Assembly (NCBI GenBank): GCA_036008545.1
Contig: DASYNM010000413.1
Location: 1 to 38,275 of the forward strand
Length of the DNA: 38,275 nt
Reading direction: 5' to 3'
DNA from: Verrucomicrobiia bacterium
Lineage (GTDB): Bacteria > Verrucomicrobiota > Verrucomicrobiia > Limisphaerales > Palsa-1400
The translations under genes and the position numbers were made by a program. The notes under the pieces are model-generated. The model was not told where the DNA came from and did no database searches. It was given only the letters and a program-made list of their open reading frames with translations. Positions 9,799 to 18,062 of this stretch are shown here, one piece after another (the first letter of the stretch is position 1; every line of letters starts with the position of its first letter).

Positions 9799-10479
9799 CT
9801 AGCCGCGCTTTTCCGACTCGACCCAGCGCACGGCGTAACGAATTAGTTCCGCCATGCTCTTGATCTTGAGTTTAGTTTTGATGTTGGCGCGATGGACTTC
9901 GATGGTTTTGGGGCTGACGTGGAGTTCCTTTGCCAATTCCTTCGTTTCCATTCCTTGGCCAATCAATTGGAAAACTTCAAATTCGCGGTCGGTCAGGTTT
10001 TCCACCGGCGATGCGCCGGCTTCCGGTCGGCGGCCGGAAAAGATCTCCAGTATTTTCGAGGACATCTTATCGCTGACAAAGATTTTCCCGGAGGAAACCT
10101 GGCGAATGGCCTCCATAATTTTTTTACCGCCTTCCTGTTTCATCACGTAACCGCGCCCGCCTGCGCGCAACACGCGTTCCGCATAAAGCGCCTCGTCGTG
10201 CATGGAAATGACCAGCACCGACACGCTCGCCTCCAACGCCTGGATGTCTTTGATCAGTTCCAAGCCGTTGCGACCGGGCAGCGTAATGTCCGCGAGCACA
10301 AGATTCGGTCGGAGCAGGCTGACCTTCTCCAAGGCTTCGTGCGCGTTGCCGGCCTCACCGCAAACCGTCATGTCTTTCTGGCTGCCGATCAATTGTGCCA
10401 AACCCTCCCGCATCATCGGATGATCATCCACGATCAGAATTCTGGTTTGCGGCGGGCTGGCTTTTTGCCGAGTGCTCAT
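9799..10479 (-). CDS. NarL/FixJ-family response regulator (REC + LuxR/GerE HTH)
   Basis: RILIVDDHPMMREGL and LVLADITLPGRNGLE form the receiver domain. LTDREFEVFQLIGQGMETKELAKELHVSPKTIEVHRANIKTKL is a GerE-type HTH. The start ATG 10479 overlaps the upstream kinase stop as ATGA. Confidence 0.9.
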   Translation of the reverse strand: MSTRQKASPPQTRILIVDDHPMMREGLAQLIGSQKDMTVCGEAGNAHEALEKVSLLRPNLVLADITLPGRNGLELIKDIQALEASVSVLVISMHDEALYAERVLRAGGRGYVMKQEGGKKIMEAIRQVSSGKIFVSDKMSSKILEIFSGRRPEAGASPVENLTDREFEVFQLIGQGMETKELAKELHVSPKTIEVHRANIKTKLKIKSMAELIRYAVRWVESEKRG

Positions 10480-11894
10480 TGGGATGTCGGGCTGCCGCCA
10501 TCGGGGAGAAAACAAAGAATTCTGGTCCCGCCTTTGGCCTGCGTTTGCACCAGCAACGCGGCCCCGATCGTACCCGCCCGATAATGCATGGTGCGCAATC
10601 CCATGCCGGTCCCGGCCTGGACTGCGGATCGGAATCCGATGCCATTATCGCTGACAGCCAACAGAATCTTGTTGTTCGTGTTGGTCAGACTGATTTCGAC
10701 TTCGCCTGCCTTGCCGTGTTTGATGGCGTTGGTAACGGCTTCCTGTGCGATGCGATAAAGATGAGTAGCCGCGGCCTGATCGGAAATCGAGACGGCCTCG
10801 TCATTCACGAAATTGCATTTGGCGTTGAATAATCTTTCGGTGCTAACGGCCAATTCACGCAAGGCGGAAATCAATCCTTCGGACTCGAGAATAAAAGGGG
10901 AAAGCCCTCGGGCCAAGGAGCGCGTCTGGGCGATGACATCGCGCACATGGCGCGCAATTTCTTCGGCCTGCGCAGCCTGCGGCTTGGCTTTTTTTTCGAG
11001 CGTCTGCGCCAGCGATTGACTTTTCAATTCAATGCCCGCCAGGTGTTGGCAGATGCCGTCGTGCAGATCCTGGCCGATTCGGCGCTGTTCCAATTCGCTG
11101 ATTTGCAGGATTTCCTCCTCCAACCGCTTGCGCTCCGTCACCTCCATGGCGGCGCCGGTGATGCCGGCAATTCGGCCAGAAGCGTCCTTCACCGGTTCGA
11201 CCGTCAGATCATAAACATGCTTGTGGCCATTGGCGGTATGCAAGAATTCCTGTCGCAATCCGTTTCCTGTCACCAGAACGCGCGCTTTGATTTGCGTCAA
11301 CCGGTCCGCTTCTTCGGCCGGGAATAATTCGGCGTCGGTCTTGCCCACCATGGTCTTGCCCTTATGCAGCACGGATTCGTTGTGAACCCAAGTATAGCGC
11401 AACTCGGTATCCTGATTGAAGACCATGACGGGCGAATGCTTCAAGGCCACGCGAAATCGTTCCTCGCTCAAACGCAAGGCTTCCTCAGCCGCGGCAAGTT
11501 TCTTTTCCTGTTCAATCTGGCCCAGCACGCGCGCGACGACCGTAGGCAGAAGTTCCAAAAAATCGGCGCCCTTGACAAGGTAATCGCGCGCCCCGCTTTT
11601 CATCATCTCGACGGCCACCCTTTCATCGCCTTGCCCGGTGATGATCAGAAAGGGGGGTAGGCGTTTGAGGTCGGTGAGTTGACGGATGACCTGGCGGGCA
11701 TCGAAATCCTCCAGCTTCAAATCCAGCAACAATAATTCCGGCTGCTTTTCTTGCAGCCAAGCCACGGCTTCCGCGCCGGAGGCGGCGGTGGCGACGGCGT
11801 AACCCTCGCGTTCCAGGGTCTTGGCCGCCAAGCGCAACAGGCCACGATCATCATCGACAACCAAGAGCGTCGCGGCTGTTTTGTGTTTGCTCAT
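10476..11894 (-). CDS. Hybrid sensor histidine kinase: N-terminal REC + PAS + HisKA_3 + HATPase_c
   Basis: LLVVDDDRGLLRL and LLLLDLKLEDFDA form the receiver. A PAS-like segment is present (VMVFNQDTELRYTWVHN...). EQRRIGQDLHDGICQHLAGIE is a HisKA_3 H-box. NAIKHGKAGEVEI and DNGIGF...GTGMGLRTM are the N and G boxes. I chose ATG 11894 (MSKHK), 7 nt after the upstream stop. Confidence 0.9.
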   Translation of the reverse strand: MSKHKTAATLLVVDDDRGLLRLAAKTLEREGYAVATAASGAEAVAWLQEKQPELLLLDLKLEDFDARQVIRQLTDLKRLPPFLIITGQGDERVAVEMMKSGARDYLVKGADFLELLPTVVARVLGQIEQEKKLAAAEEALRLSEERFRVALKHSPVMVFNQDTELRYTWVHNESVLHKGKTMVGKTDAELFPAEEADRLTQIKARVLVTGNGLRQEFLHTANGHKHVYDLTVEPVKDASGRIAGITGAAMEVTERKRLEEEILQISELEQRRIGQDLHDGICQHLAGIELKSQSLAQTLEKKAKPQAAQAEEIARHVRDVIAQTRSLARGLSPFILESEGLISALRELAVSTERLFNAKCNFVNDEAVSISDQAAATHLYRIAQEAVTNAIKHGKAGEVEISLTNTNNKILLAVSDNGIGFRSAVQAGTGMGLRTMHYRAGTIGAALLVQTQAKGGTRILCFLPDGGSPTSQ

Positions 11895-11901
11895 GGTCCC
11901 G

Positions 11902-12345
11902 TCATGTGCGGACTTCGGGCACCTGCACCAGCGCGATGAACAAACCGAATTGCTTGATCGCCTCCGCAAACTTGTCGTAATCCACCGGCTTGACCACGTA
12001 GTTGCTGCAACCGAGAGCGTGGCAGTGTTCGACTTCGCGCGGATCGTCGGTGGTGGTGAGCATGATGACCGGAATCTTCTTTAGCTCCGGGTCAGCCTTG
12101 ATTTGCCGGAGAACTTCGACGCCATCGACTTTTGGCATGCGGATGTCGAGCAGCAGCAGGTAGGCTGCTTCCTTGCCTCGCCGCCGGGCGCTGCGGCCAA
12201 AGAGGAAATCCAGAATATCCTGGCCGTTATCGAAGCGTTCGATCGGGTTGTGCAACCCGGCCCGGTTGAGATTCTTTTCGATCAGGCGGACATGACCGAG
12301 ATCATCGTCGGCGATCAGAATCACGACTTCTTTGGTCATGCTCAT
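11902..12345 (-). CDS. Stand-alone receiver protein (CheY/Rcp1-like single-domain response regulator)
   Basis: It is 147 aa with a REC domain only. Receiver motifs are ILIADDDLGHVRLI, LLLLDIRMPKVDGVEVL and IPVIMLTTTDDPREVEHCHALGCSNYVVKP. The latter is typical of Rcp1-type receivers found downstream of PAS or phytochrome kinases. Confidence 0.9.
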   Translation of the reverse strand: MSMTKEVVILIADDDLGHVRLIEKNLNRAGLHNPIERFDNGQDILDFLFGRSARRRGKEAAYLLLLDIRMPKVDGVEVLRQIKADPELKKIPVIMLTTTDDPREVEHCHALGCSNYVVKPVDYDKFAEAIKQFGLFIALVQVPEVRT

Positions 12346-12356
12346 CTATTTACGCC

Positions 12357-13625
12357 TTAGGCGCCAGGCAAGGAAACAAAAAAAGCGCTGCCCGTCCCGG
12401 CATTGGATTCCACCCAAATCTTGCCATCCTGCCGTTCGAGAATCTTTTGGGCGATCGTCAAACCCAATCCTTCCCCTTCGGACGCGCCGGGGTTCAGTCG
12501 ATGGAAGATCTCGAATACTTTGGCCTGATGTTCCGGCGCGATGCCGATACCGTTGTCCTTAACCGTATAGACGCAACGGCGATTTTGGATGCTGCCGGAC
12601 ACTTGAATCAAGCCTGGGCGGTTGGGAGAGCGGTATTTAATCGCGTTGTCGATTAAATTGGAGAAGACCTGGTTGACTTGGATGGCGTCACCCTGGCAGT
12701 CAGGCAGCGGAAGGACTTGAAGCGACGTGCCGGCCTGCTTGAGTTGGAACTCCATCGTTTTCGCGATATTGCCCAGCATAGCATTCATATCCAGCGCAAT
12801 GATCGTCAACGCAGCGCGGCCCAACCTGGAAAAACGAAGGAAGCCGGTCAACAATGCGTCTATCTTGGCCACGCCGGCCTGGATGAATTCCATCGCTTCG
12901 GGCACATCGCGGCTGAGGATCGTTTTCAGCTCTGCTTCACTAGGGTTCTGCAGGCCGCTTTCGACCATCAATTCGCGAATGCGATCACAGTCGCGCTTCA
13001 ACTCCTTGGTGAAACCCTGGATGTTGACCAGGGGAGATCGCAGATCGTGCGACGCAACATAGACGACCGTTTCCAGTTCCTTGTTTTTTTCCGCGAGACT
13101 TTGCGCCAATTCGGCCAGCCGGACTTCCGAGCGTTTGCGCTCGGTGACGTCGGTTCGGATGGCGATGTACTGCACTGGTTTTCCGTCGTCGTTCAGAAAT
13201 GGAAAGATCGTCGTATCCACCCAGTAATAACTGCCGTCCTTGGCGCGGTTGCGGATTTCGCCTTTCCAAACCTTGCCTTGGGCGATGGTCGTCCAAAGAT
13301 CGCGAAAAAAATCCTTGGGATGATAGCGGGAGTTGATAATGCGATGATCCTGACCCAGTAATTCCTCGCGCGCATACTTGGAAATCTCGCAAAACTTGTC
13401 GTTGACGTAGGTAATGCGCCCGCGCGCGTCGGTAATGGCCACGATGGAATGAGCATCCAGCGCCGATTTGAGGTCGCGCAATTCCTTGATTGGCTTCATC
13501 TGCCCGACGACTTGCGCATCCCCAGCGGGGCGGGCGACGGCATCGGCGCCGTCCGGCGAGGCCTTCCGTCTTTTTTTCAATTTGGCTGTGGTCTTTTGCG
13601 AACGATTGTCCGGCACGGTCTTCAT
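12357..13625 (-). CDS. Soluble PAS-domain sensor histidine kinase (PAS + HisKA + HATPase_c)
   Basis: The PAS domain is [40 protein letters not shown]...[31 protein letters not shown]. The H-box is [10 protein letters not shown]. The N/G boxes are [15 protein letters not shown] and [10 protein letters not shown]. No TM segment is evident. Confidence 0.9.
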   Translation of the reverse strand: MKTVPDNRSQKTTAKLKKRRKASPDGADAVARPAGDAQVVGQMKPIKELRDLKSALDAHSIVAITDARGRITYVNDKFCEISKYAREELLGQDHRIINSRYHPKDFFRDLWTTIAQGKVWKGEIRNRAKDGSYYWVDTTIFPFLNDDGKPVQYIAIRTDVTERKRSEVRLAELAQSLAEKNKELETVVYVASHDLRSPLVNIQGFTKELKRDCDRIRELMVESGLQNPSEAELKTILSRDVPEAMEFIQAGVAKIDALLTGFLRFSRLGRAALTIIALDMNAMLGNIAKTMEFQLKQAGTSLQVLPLPDCQGDAIQVNQVFSNLIDNAIKYRSPNRPGLIQVSGSIQNRRCVYTVKDNGIGIAPEHQAKVFEIFHRLNPGASEGEGLGLTIAQKILERQDGKIWVESNAGTGSAFFVSLPGA

Positions 13626-13658
13626 GCTAACGAAGTTTGTCCGCCAGGCACGCTAAAA

Positions 13659-13672
13659 GAGCTAGCTAGCTC
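13659..13672. repeat. Perfect 14-bp palindrome GAGCTAGCTAGCTC between the AraC-type regulator and the PAS kinase
   Basis: gagctagctagctc is self-complementary, as verified by hand. It contains three overlapping CTAG tetramers and so provides TAG stops in several frames on both strands. It is immediately followed by the ccgcgg palindrome. It lies 13 nt after the regulator stop and 34 nt before the kinase ATG. Confidence 0.6.
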
Positions 13673-13684
13673 CGCGGCCGGGTT

Positions 13685-14635
13685 TCAGGCCGGAGCCAGT
13701 TGTCTCCGGTATTCTGTGGGCGATTGCCCGGTGATTTTCTTGAACACCCGGTTGAAGTGAGTCAGCGATTGGAAGCCGATTTCGTAGGCGATCTCGCTGA
13801 TGCGCAAGTTCGGGTTAAGCAACAGATTCCGGGCCTTTTCCACGCGAACGCGCGACACGTACTCGGTGAAATTCAAGCCGGTCGTTTTCTTGAACATCTT
13901 GCAAAAGTGGAAGGTGCTGGTATTGACTGCCTTGGCCACCCGGCCCAGAGATAAATCTTCCGCTTGATTCTCAACGATGTATTCCTTGGCCTTCTTGATC
14001 ACCGGTGATTCGACGTTTTCACGGCGAACGACGATCTGGTTGCTCACGGTGGAAATGTGTTCGGCGAAAATGCTCAACAATTTGATCATCGCATCGTATT
14101 GCTTGGACGACAATAGCTTGGTGCCGGCATAGGCGTTTTCCAGCCGTTCACGACTCATTTGCAGACCCCACTCGGCGATGAGGGTGGCGGTGCGCTCGAT
14201 CTGCGAAGGCATGGCTTTTTTGCGCAGAATCTGGCCCGTCTGCAGGAATCCAATCAACTGGTCGCCCAGGCGAACCGGCACCGCCGTGTCCACCAATCCG
14301 AGTTGGCACGTGACCGTCGCGGCTTCAAACTGGGCGCATTCGGAAAGTTTTTGCTGCATCTGCAGGCAGGTCGCGCAGGATTTGCTTTTTTCGGCCAGCA
14401 TCGCGCACAAGGGATTCTCGTGGCGCTTGCCGTGGTGCGGCAACTGCCACGATTCCACCGGGCGCAGCGAGACGGGCAACCCTGTAGTCTCGCTGAATGC
14501 CTTCTCGTAATCCTGAAAAATCTTCGAGTTGATCAGGCTCTCGATCAAATCCTTGTTGTCGTGGCGCGTCATCTGTTTCTCTGTGAATGGCTGAACATTA
14601 TTTGTTGTCATGCGGACAAAATAGCACCACTCCAT
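13685..14635 (-). CDS. AraC-family transcriptional regulator with an N-terminal PocR-type sensory domain
   Basis: The N-terminal part has a conserved cysteine pattern (NPLCAMLAEKSKSCATCLQMQ...TCQLGLVDTAVPVRLGDQLIGFLQTGQI) that resembles the PocR sensory domain. The C-terminus is a double HTH of the AraC type (LSLGRVAKAVNTSTFHFCKMFKKTTGLNFTEYV...ISEIAYEIGFQSLTHFNRVFKKITGQSPTEYR). The start is ambiguous: TTG 14647, ATG 14635, ATG 14611 or ATG 14572. Confidence 0.85.
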   Translation of the reverse strand: MEWCYFVRMTTNNVQPFTEKQMTRHDNKDLIESLINSKIFQDYEKAFSETTGLPVSLRPVESWQLPHHGKRHENPLCAMLAEKSKSCATCLQMQQKLSECAQFEAATVTCQLGLVDTAVPVRLGDQLIGFLQTGQILRKKAMPSQIERTATLIAEWGLQMSRERLENAYAGTKLLSSKQYDAMIKLLSIFAEHISTVSNQIVVRRENVESPVIKKAKEYIVENQAEDLSLGRVAKAVNTSTFHFCKMFKKTTGLNFTEYVSRVRVEKARNLLLNPNLRISEIAYEIGFQSLTHFNRVFKKITGQSPTEYRRQLAPA

Positions 14636-14688
14636 GTGCGCCAACAATTAGGCGTCATGCCAGGCACGTTGTGTGGAAATCAACTAGA

Positions 14689-14713
14689 CGAACTAAGGTA
14701 ATTCCTTAGTTCG
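14689..14713 (-). terminator. Perfect 10-bp stem / 5-nt loop hairpin between the radical SAM stop and the AraC start. It could be an intrinsic terminator or attenuator.
   Basis: cgaactaagg (14689-14698) pairs perfectly with ccttagttcg (14704-14713) around the loop taatt. On the minus-strand transcript the hairpin is followed by UCUAGUUGAUUU, a moderately U-rich tract. It lies 26 nt downstream of the radical SAM stop. Confidence 0.35.
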
Positions 14714-14738
14714 CATAGACCAAGCCTGGCGAACCCCG

Positions 14739-15632
14739 TTAGAAGACTTCCGCCCTCAATCCGGTCTCAGCTTTGATTCGCTGGCTGATCTGGGTGAGTT
14801 TTTTCAGCGGCAGATGCCCGCAATCCGGGTGCGCAATGGGCCTGGTAGCCGAGTAAATTTGCACCAGCGATATGTGCGCACCGCCATTCTTTAAATCGTG
14901 GAGACGCAAGATATACTCGTCAATTTCTTGCAGCGAGGGCTCCTGGCCCAGAACCAGCGGGAATAGACTTTGGATGATGATGGGCCGTTGCCGCCCGACC
15001 AGCAGTATGTTCGCCAGCACTTTTTCCAGTGGCACTTGACTGCGGTTGACGCGGTCCATGTGTTCTTGCGTGCCGGCGTCAAGCTTGATCCAGATTTCAT
15101 CATCGCGCGTAAAGTATTGGATACTGTCCTGCACTGGGCGCAGGTCCAGGCCCGTGCCATTGGTAATCAGCGCTAGTTTAAAAAAGTCGCGGAGATTTCG
15201 CGCCCGCGTGTGGACCACGACCTGGATCACTTCGCCAAAATTCGGGCACAGCGTAGGTTCACCGTCGCCGCTCAAGGCCACGTGACGCAACTGAAGCAAC
15301 TCGTTGCTCAACTCGCGGTAGGCCGCATGCTCTCTTATTTTGCCCGAGCGCACCTGGAAGAGTGTGTTTTCCAGTTCCTCAGCCATCACCTCGACGTCTA
15401 ACTGCCGCTCCGCCATAGGCAACTCCCGGTTGACCTCGCAGTAGGCGCAGTCAAAATTGCAGAACTGGTCCGGGTTCATGTTGATGCCGATGGCGAGGCC
15501 CCGCGCGCGCGCCGAAACCACCGTATAGACGAAGCGGTTGCCGAGAAAAATTCGAGGATAGCCGAAAGCTTTGGCGACTCGCGGTGTGCGGGATTTTTCA
15601 GCGTGCTCAGTTATGGATGTGATGGCAGGCAT
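14739..15632 (-). CDS. Radical SAM enzyme of unknown function (COG0731-like small radical SAM protein)
   Basis: The CxxxCxxC cluster motif is CNFDCAYCEV. It is preceded by SARARGLAIGINMNPDQF, which resembles the SRRxGxSLGI...P..C leader of the COG0731-type family. GDGEPTL is a SAM-binding glycine-rich motif. The protein is 297 aa. Confidence 0.85.
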   Translation of the reverse strand: MPAITSITEHAEKSRTPRVAKAFGYPRIFLGNRFVYTVVSARARGLAIGINMNPDQFCNFDCAYCEVNRELPMAERQLDVEVMAEELENTLFQVRSGKIREHAAYRELSNELLQLRHVALSGDGEPTLCPNFGEVIQVVVHTRARNLRDFFKLALITNGTGLDLRPVQDSIQYFTRDDEIWIKLDAGTQEHMDRVNRSQVPLEKVLANILLVGRQRPIIIQSLFPLVLGQEPSLQEIDEYILRLHDLKNGGAHISLVQIYSATRPIAHPDCGHLPLKKLTQISQRIKAETGLRAEVF

Positions 15633-16073
15633 GGCAGTTCCGTTTCTAATCTAGATCCTCCAACCAGCCTGGAGTGCCCGACATCGCACTCGACAAATTC
15701 CTTGGATCGATGACGGTCATGTCGTTCCGGGGTAACTGCCCCGGCGCCTCCTCCACGTTCCTCGCTAATCTAACTCTCATACTTTCATTGCAAACTACTT
15801 GGAGGATGTCCAACCAACTACCCTCCCCTTGGCAAATGCTGGCCATATTTTGCCGCCAGCGGATGAATGGGCGGCCGGAAATACATTCAAAGCGCGAAGA
15901 TATTCAGCCGGCCCAAATTAGGGGAATAGGCGACCATCCAACCCACGCCGCCATTTTGCGACAAGCACAGATTACTCAAGAAAAACATCGGCAAACATCC
16001 TTGAACAATCGCGGAGGTGTTGCCGGTTAGGATTGCCGCTCGCACGGCCATTCAAGCAAGTGGATGGAAGACC

Positions 16074-16168
<95 letters not shown>

Positions 16169-16182
16169 AAACCGACCAATAG

Positions 16183-16209
16183 ATTATCTCAGCGGGCTTT
16201 TTCCAGCAA
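16183..16209 (-). promoter_or_regulatory. Putative sigma70-like promoter for tRNA-Ser
   Basis: On the minus strand the sequence reads TTGCTG (16209-16204), a 15-nt spacer, then GATAAT (16188-16183). The -10 element ends 14 nt before the mature tRNA 5' end. This rests on a consensus match only, and PVC promoter rules are poorly known. Confidence 0.3.
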
Positions 16210-16507
16210 GATGAAACATGGCTGGACAAATTTCAGCCGGAGGCCGTGGCAGCATGAGGTCGTTGCCTTCGGTGAGGTGACTATCCCCAAGACCAAGCCG
16301 CCACGCATCGCTATGTTGCTGGCTGGCATTGGCGCTGTTGGGCGGAACAAGAGCAAACGGCGTCCTCCGAACTCGCGCAACCTGGCGTGCCTTTGCATGA
16401 GAATCGATTGGGAAACAACCTGGGCTTCACTTTCACTGAACCACAATTCCACCCTACTTTAGACTTTCTAAGCGGCAACCATTTGTTACGTTCCTCCGTT
16501 GGAAAAG

Positions 16508-17806
16508 ATGCTGCGCCGCACGACTATTTGTTTCTCCTCCCGGGGCCTGCCCAATGGGTTGCGAACCGCGCTTTTCTCTTTAATTCTCTGGGTCATCTGG
16601 CCAAGGAATGGAATTACGGCCGATTTTTGGCCTGAATTTCGAGGGCCCGGCGCTCAAGGCATCTCTGCGGCAACAAACGTTCCGGTGAAATGGAGTGCCG
16701 CCAGCAACATCAAGTGGAAGGTCTCCGTTCCCGGCAAGGGGTGGTCGTCTCCGGTTTTGGCGGACGGCAAAATTTACTTGAGCACCGCTTGTGAAACCGA
16801 GGGAAGCCCCGAAGTTTCACTTCGCGTCATTTGCCTGAGCGAGGCGGATGGCCAGACGCTTTGGAACGTCGAGGCGATTCATCCCGATTCCTCCACGCTG
16901 AAACCGGGCCACATGAAGAACAGCCTTGCCAGTCCTACACCCATCATCCACGGTGATCGTCTGTTCGCGCATTTCGGCCACATGGGAACTGCGTGCCTGA
17001 CCCTGGATGGAAAGATTGTGTGGCGGCAGCAGACGGTTAAGTATTCACCAGTGCATGGCAACGGCGGCTCTCCGTTACTAATAGATTCCGAGTTGGTCTT
17101 TAGTTGCGATGGCAGCGATAATCCGTTTGTCGCGGCCTTAGATGCCAAAACCGGCCGCGTAAACTGGAAAACGCCCCGCGATACGCCGGCCAAGAGGAAA
17201 TTCTCCTTCTGCACTCCGCTCGAACTGGACCGGGGCACGTCAAAGCAGGTGGTCATTCCTGGAAGCGGTTTCGTTGCGGGCTATAACCCGGCAAACGGCC
17301 ACGAGCTTTGGCGGTTTCGTTACGGTGAGGGTTATTCGGTTGTTCCACGACCCGTGGTGTCTGGCGACCTGCTTTTCATCAGTTCGGGATTCGATTCACC
17401 TATTCTGTACGCGATCAGGCTCGACGAGGCCAGCGGGGACATTACCGCGAATGGGGCGGCGTGGAGTTACGCGAAGCAGGTGCCAACCACACCTTCGATG
17501 CTCGTCGTGGGGCGGGAGCTTTACTTTGTGTCGGATGGAGGAATCGCTTCCTGTTTGGATTCGCAAACCGGGTCGGTCCATTGGAGCGAACGCCTCGAAG
17601 GCGATTTCTCCGCCTCACCGATTTATGCAGAGGGCCGGATTTACTTTCAAAATGAAACAGGCGCCGGGTTTGTGATCAAGGCCGGGACCCGCTTTGAACT
17701 CATCTCAAAAAACGATTTGGGAGAACGTTCCCTGGCCTCCTACGCCGTCGCGGACAATCAACTATTCATTCGCACCGCTGATCATTTGTGGGCTATTAAG
17801 GATTGA
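16508..17806 (+). CDS. PQQ-like / BamB-like beta-propeller repeat protein, secreted
   Basis: It carries a signal-like N-terminus. Repeated propeller blades have W-containing motifs (WSSPVLADGKIYL, GQTLWNV, GKIVWRQ, GRVNWKT, GHELWRF, GSVHWSE, NQLFIRTADHLWAI). I prefer ATG 16508 over the track's TTG 16499. Confidence 0.8.
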   Translation: MLRRTTICFSSRGLPNGLRTALFSLILWVIWPRNGITADFWPEFRGPGAQGISAATNVPVKWSAASNIKWKVSVPGKGWSSPVLADGKIYLSTACETEGSPEVSLRVICLSEADGQTLWNVEAIHPDSSTLKPGHMKNSLASPTPIIHGDRLFAHFGHMGTACLTLDGKIVWRQQTVKYSPVHGNGGSPLLIDSELVFSCDGSDNPFVAALDAKTGRVNWKTPRDTPAKRKFSFCTPLELDRGTSKQVVIPGSGFVAGYNPANGHELWRFRYGEGYSVVPRPVVSGDLLFISSGFDSPILYAIRLDEASGDITANGAAWSYAKQVPTTPSMLVVGRELYFVSDGGIASCLDSQTGSVHWSERLEGDFSASPIYAEGRIYFQNETGAGFVIKAGTRFELISKNDLGERSLASYAVADNQLFIRTADHLWAIKD

Positions 17807-17808
17807 AC

Positions 17809-17846
17809 GGAAATCCTCTCTGCGTCCAAGCAGTGCCGGGATTTCC
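17809..17846 (+). terminator. Possible terminator hairpin after the PQQ-like gene
   Basis: ggaaatcc (17809-17816) pairs perfectly with ggatttcc (17839-17846). An inner ctgc/gcag stem is also present. The hairpin starts 3 nt after the stop codon. Only a weak T tract (tctt) follows. Confidence 0.3.
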
Positions 17847-18062
17847 TCTTAACGGACTGGTGATACGTTTCCATTGGTATAGTAACGAACCATCCTAATT
17901 CCTTTTGAGACATCAACGAAATCTGCTACTGTACTGCCATGCTTGGGGAATCCTTACTCAGAATTTGCGGAGGCGCAGTATCCTTGGAACGGCGCATTCT
18001 TGAATTAAGTATTGGACATGGACCAAAACCAACGAAAGCTTCCTGAATAACTCCTTTCGCCC

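Noticed and set aside
12357-13625. The PAS domain of the soluble kinase as a LOV blue-light sensor
   Set aside because: The segment [10 protein letters not shown] aligns with the LOV GxNCRFLQ motif, but it lacks the flavin-adduct cysteine and the RFLQ residues. It is a generic PAS domain.
14739-15632. The radical SAM protein as a prokaryotic viperin (pVip) antiviral enzyme
   Set aside because: The size is similar, but the cluster context (INMNPDQFCNFDCAYCEV with the SARARGLAIGI leader) matches the COG0731-like group rather than the viperin CN[YF].C.FCFH motif. The conserved viperin C-terminal region is absent, and no defence-island neighbours are present.
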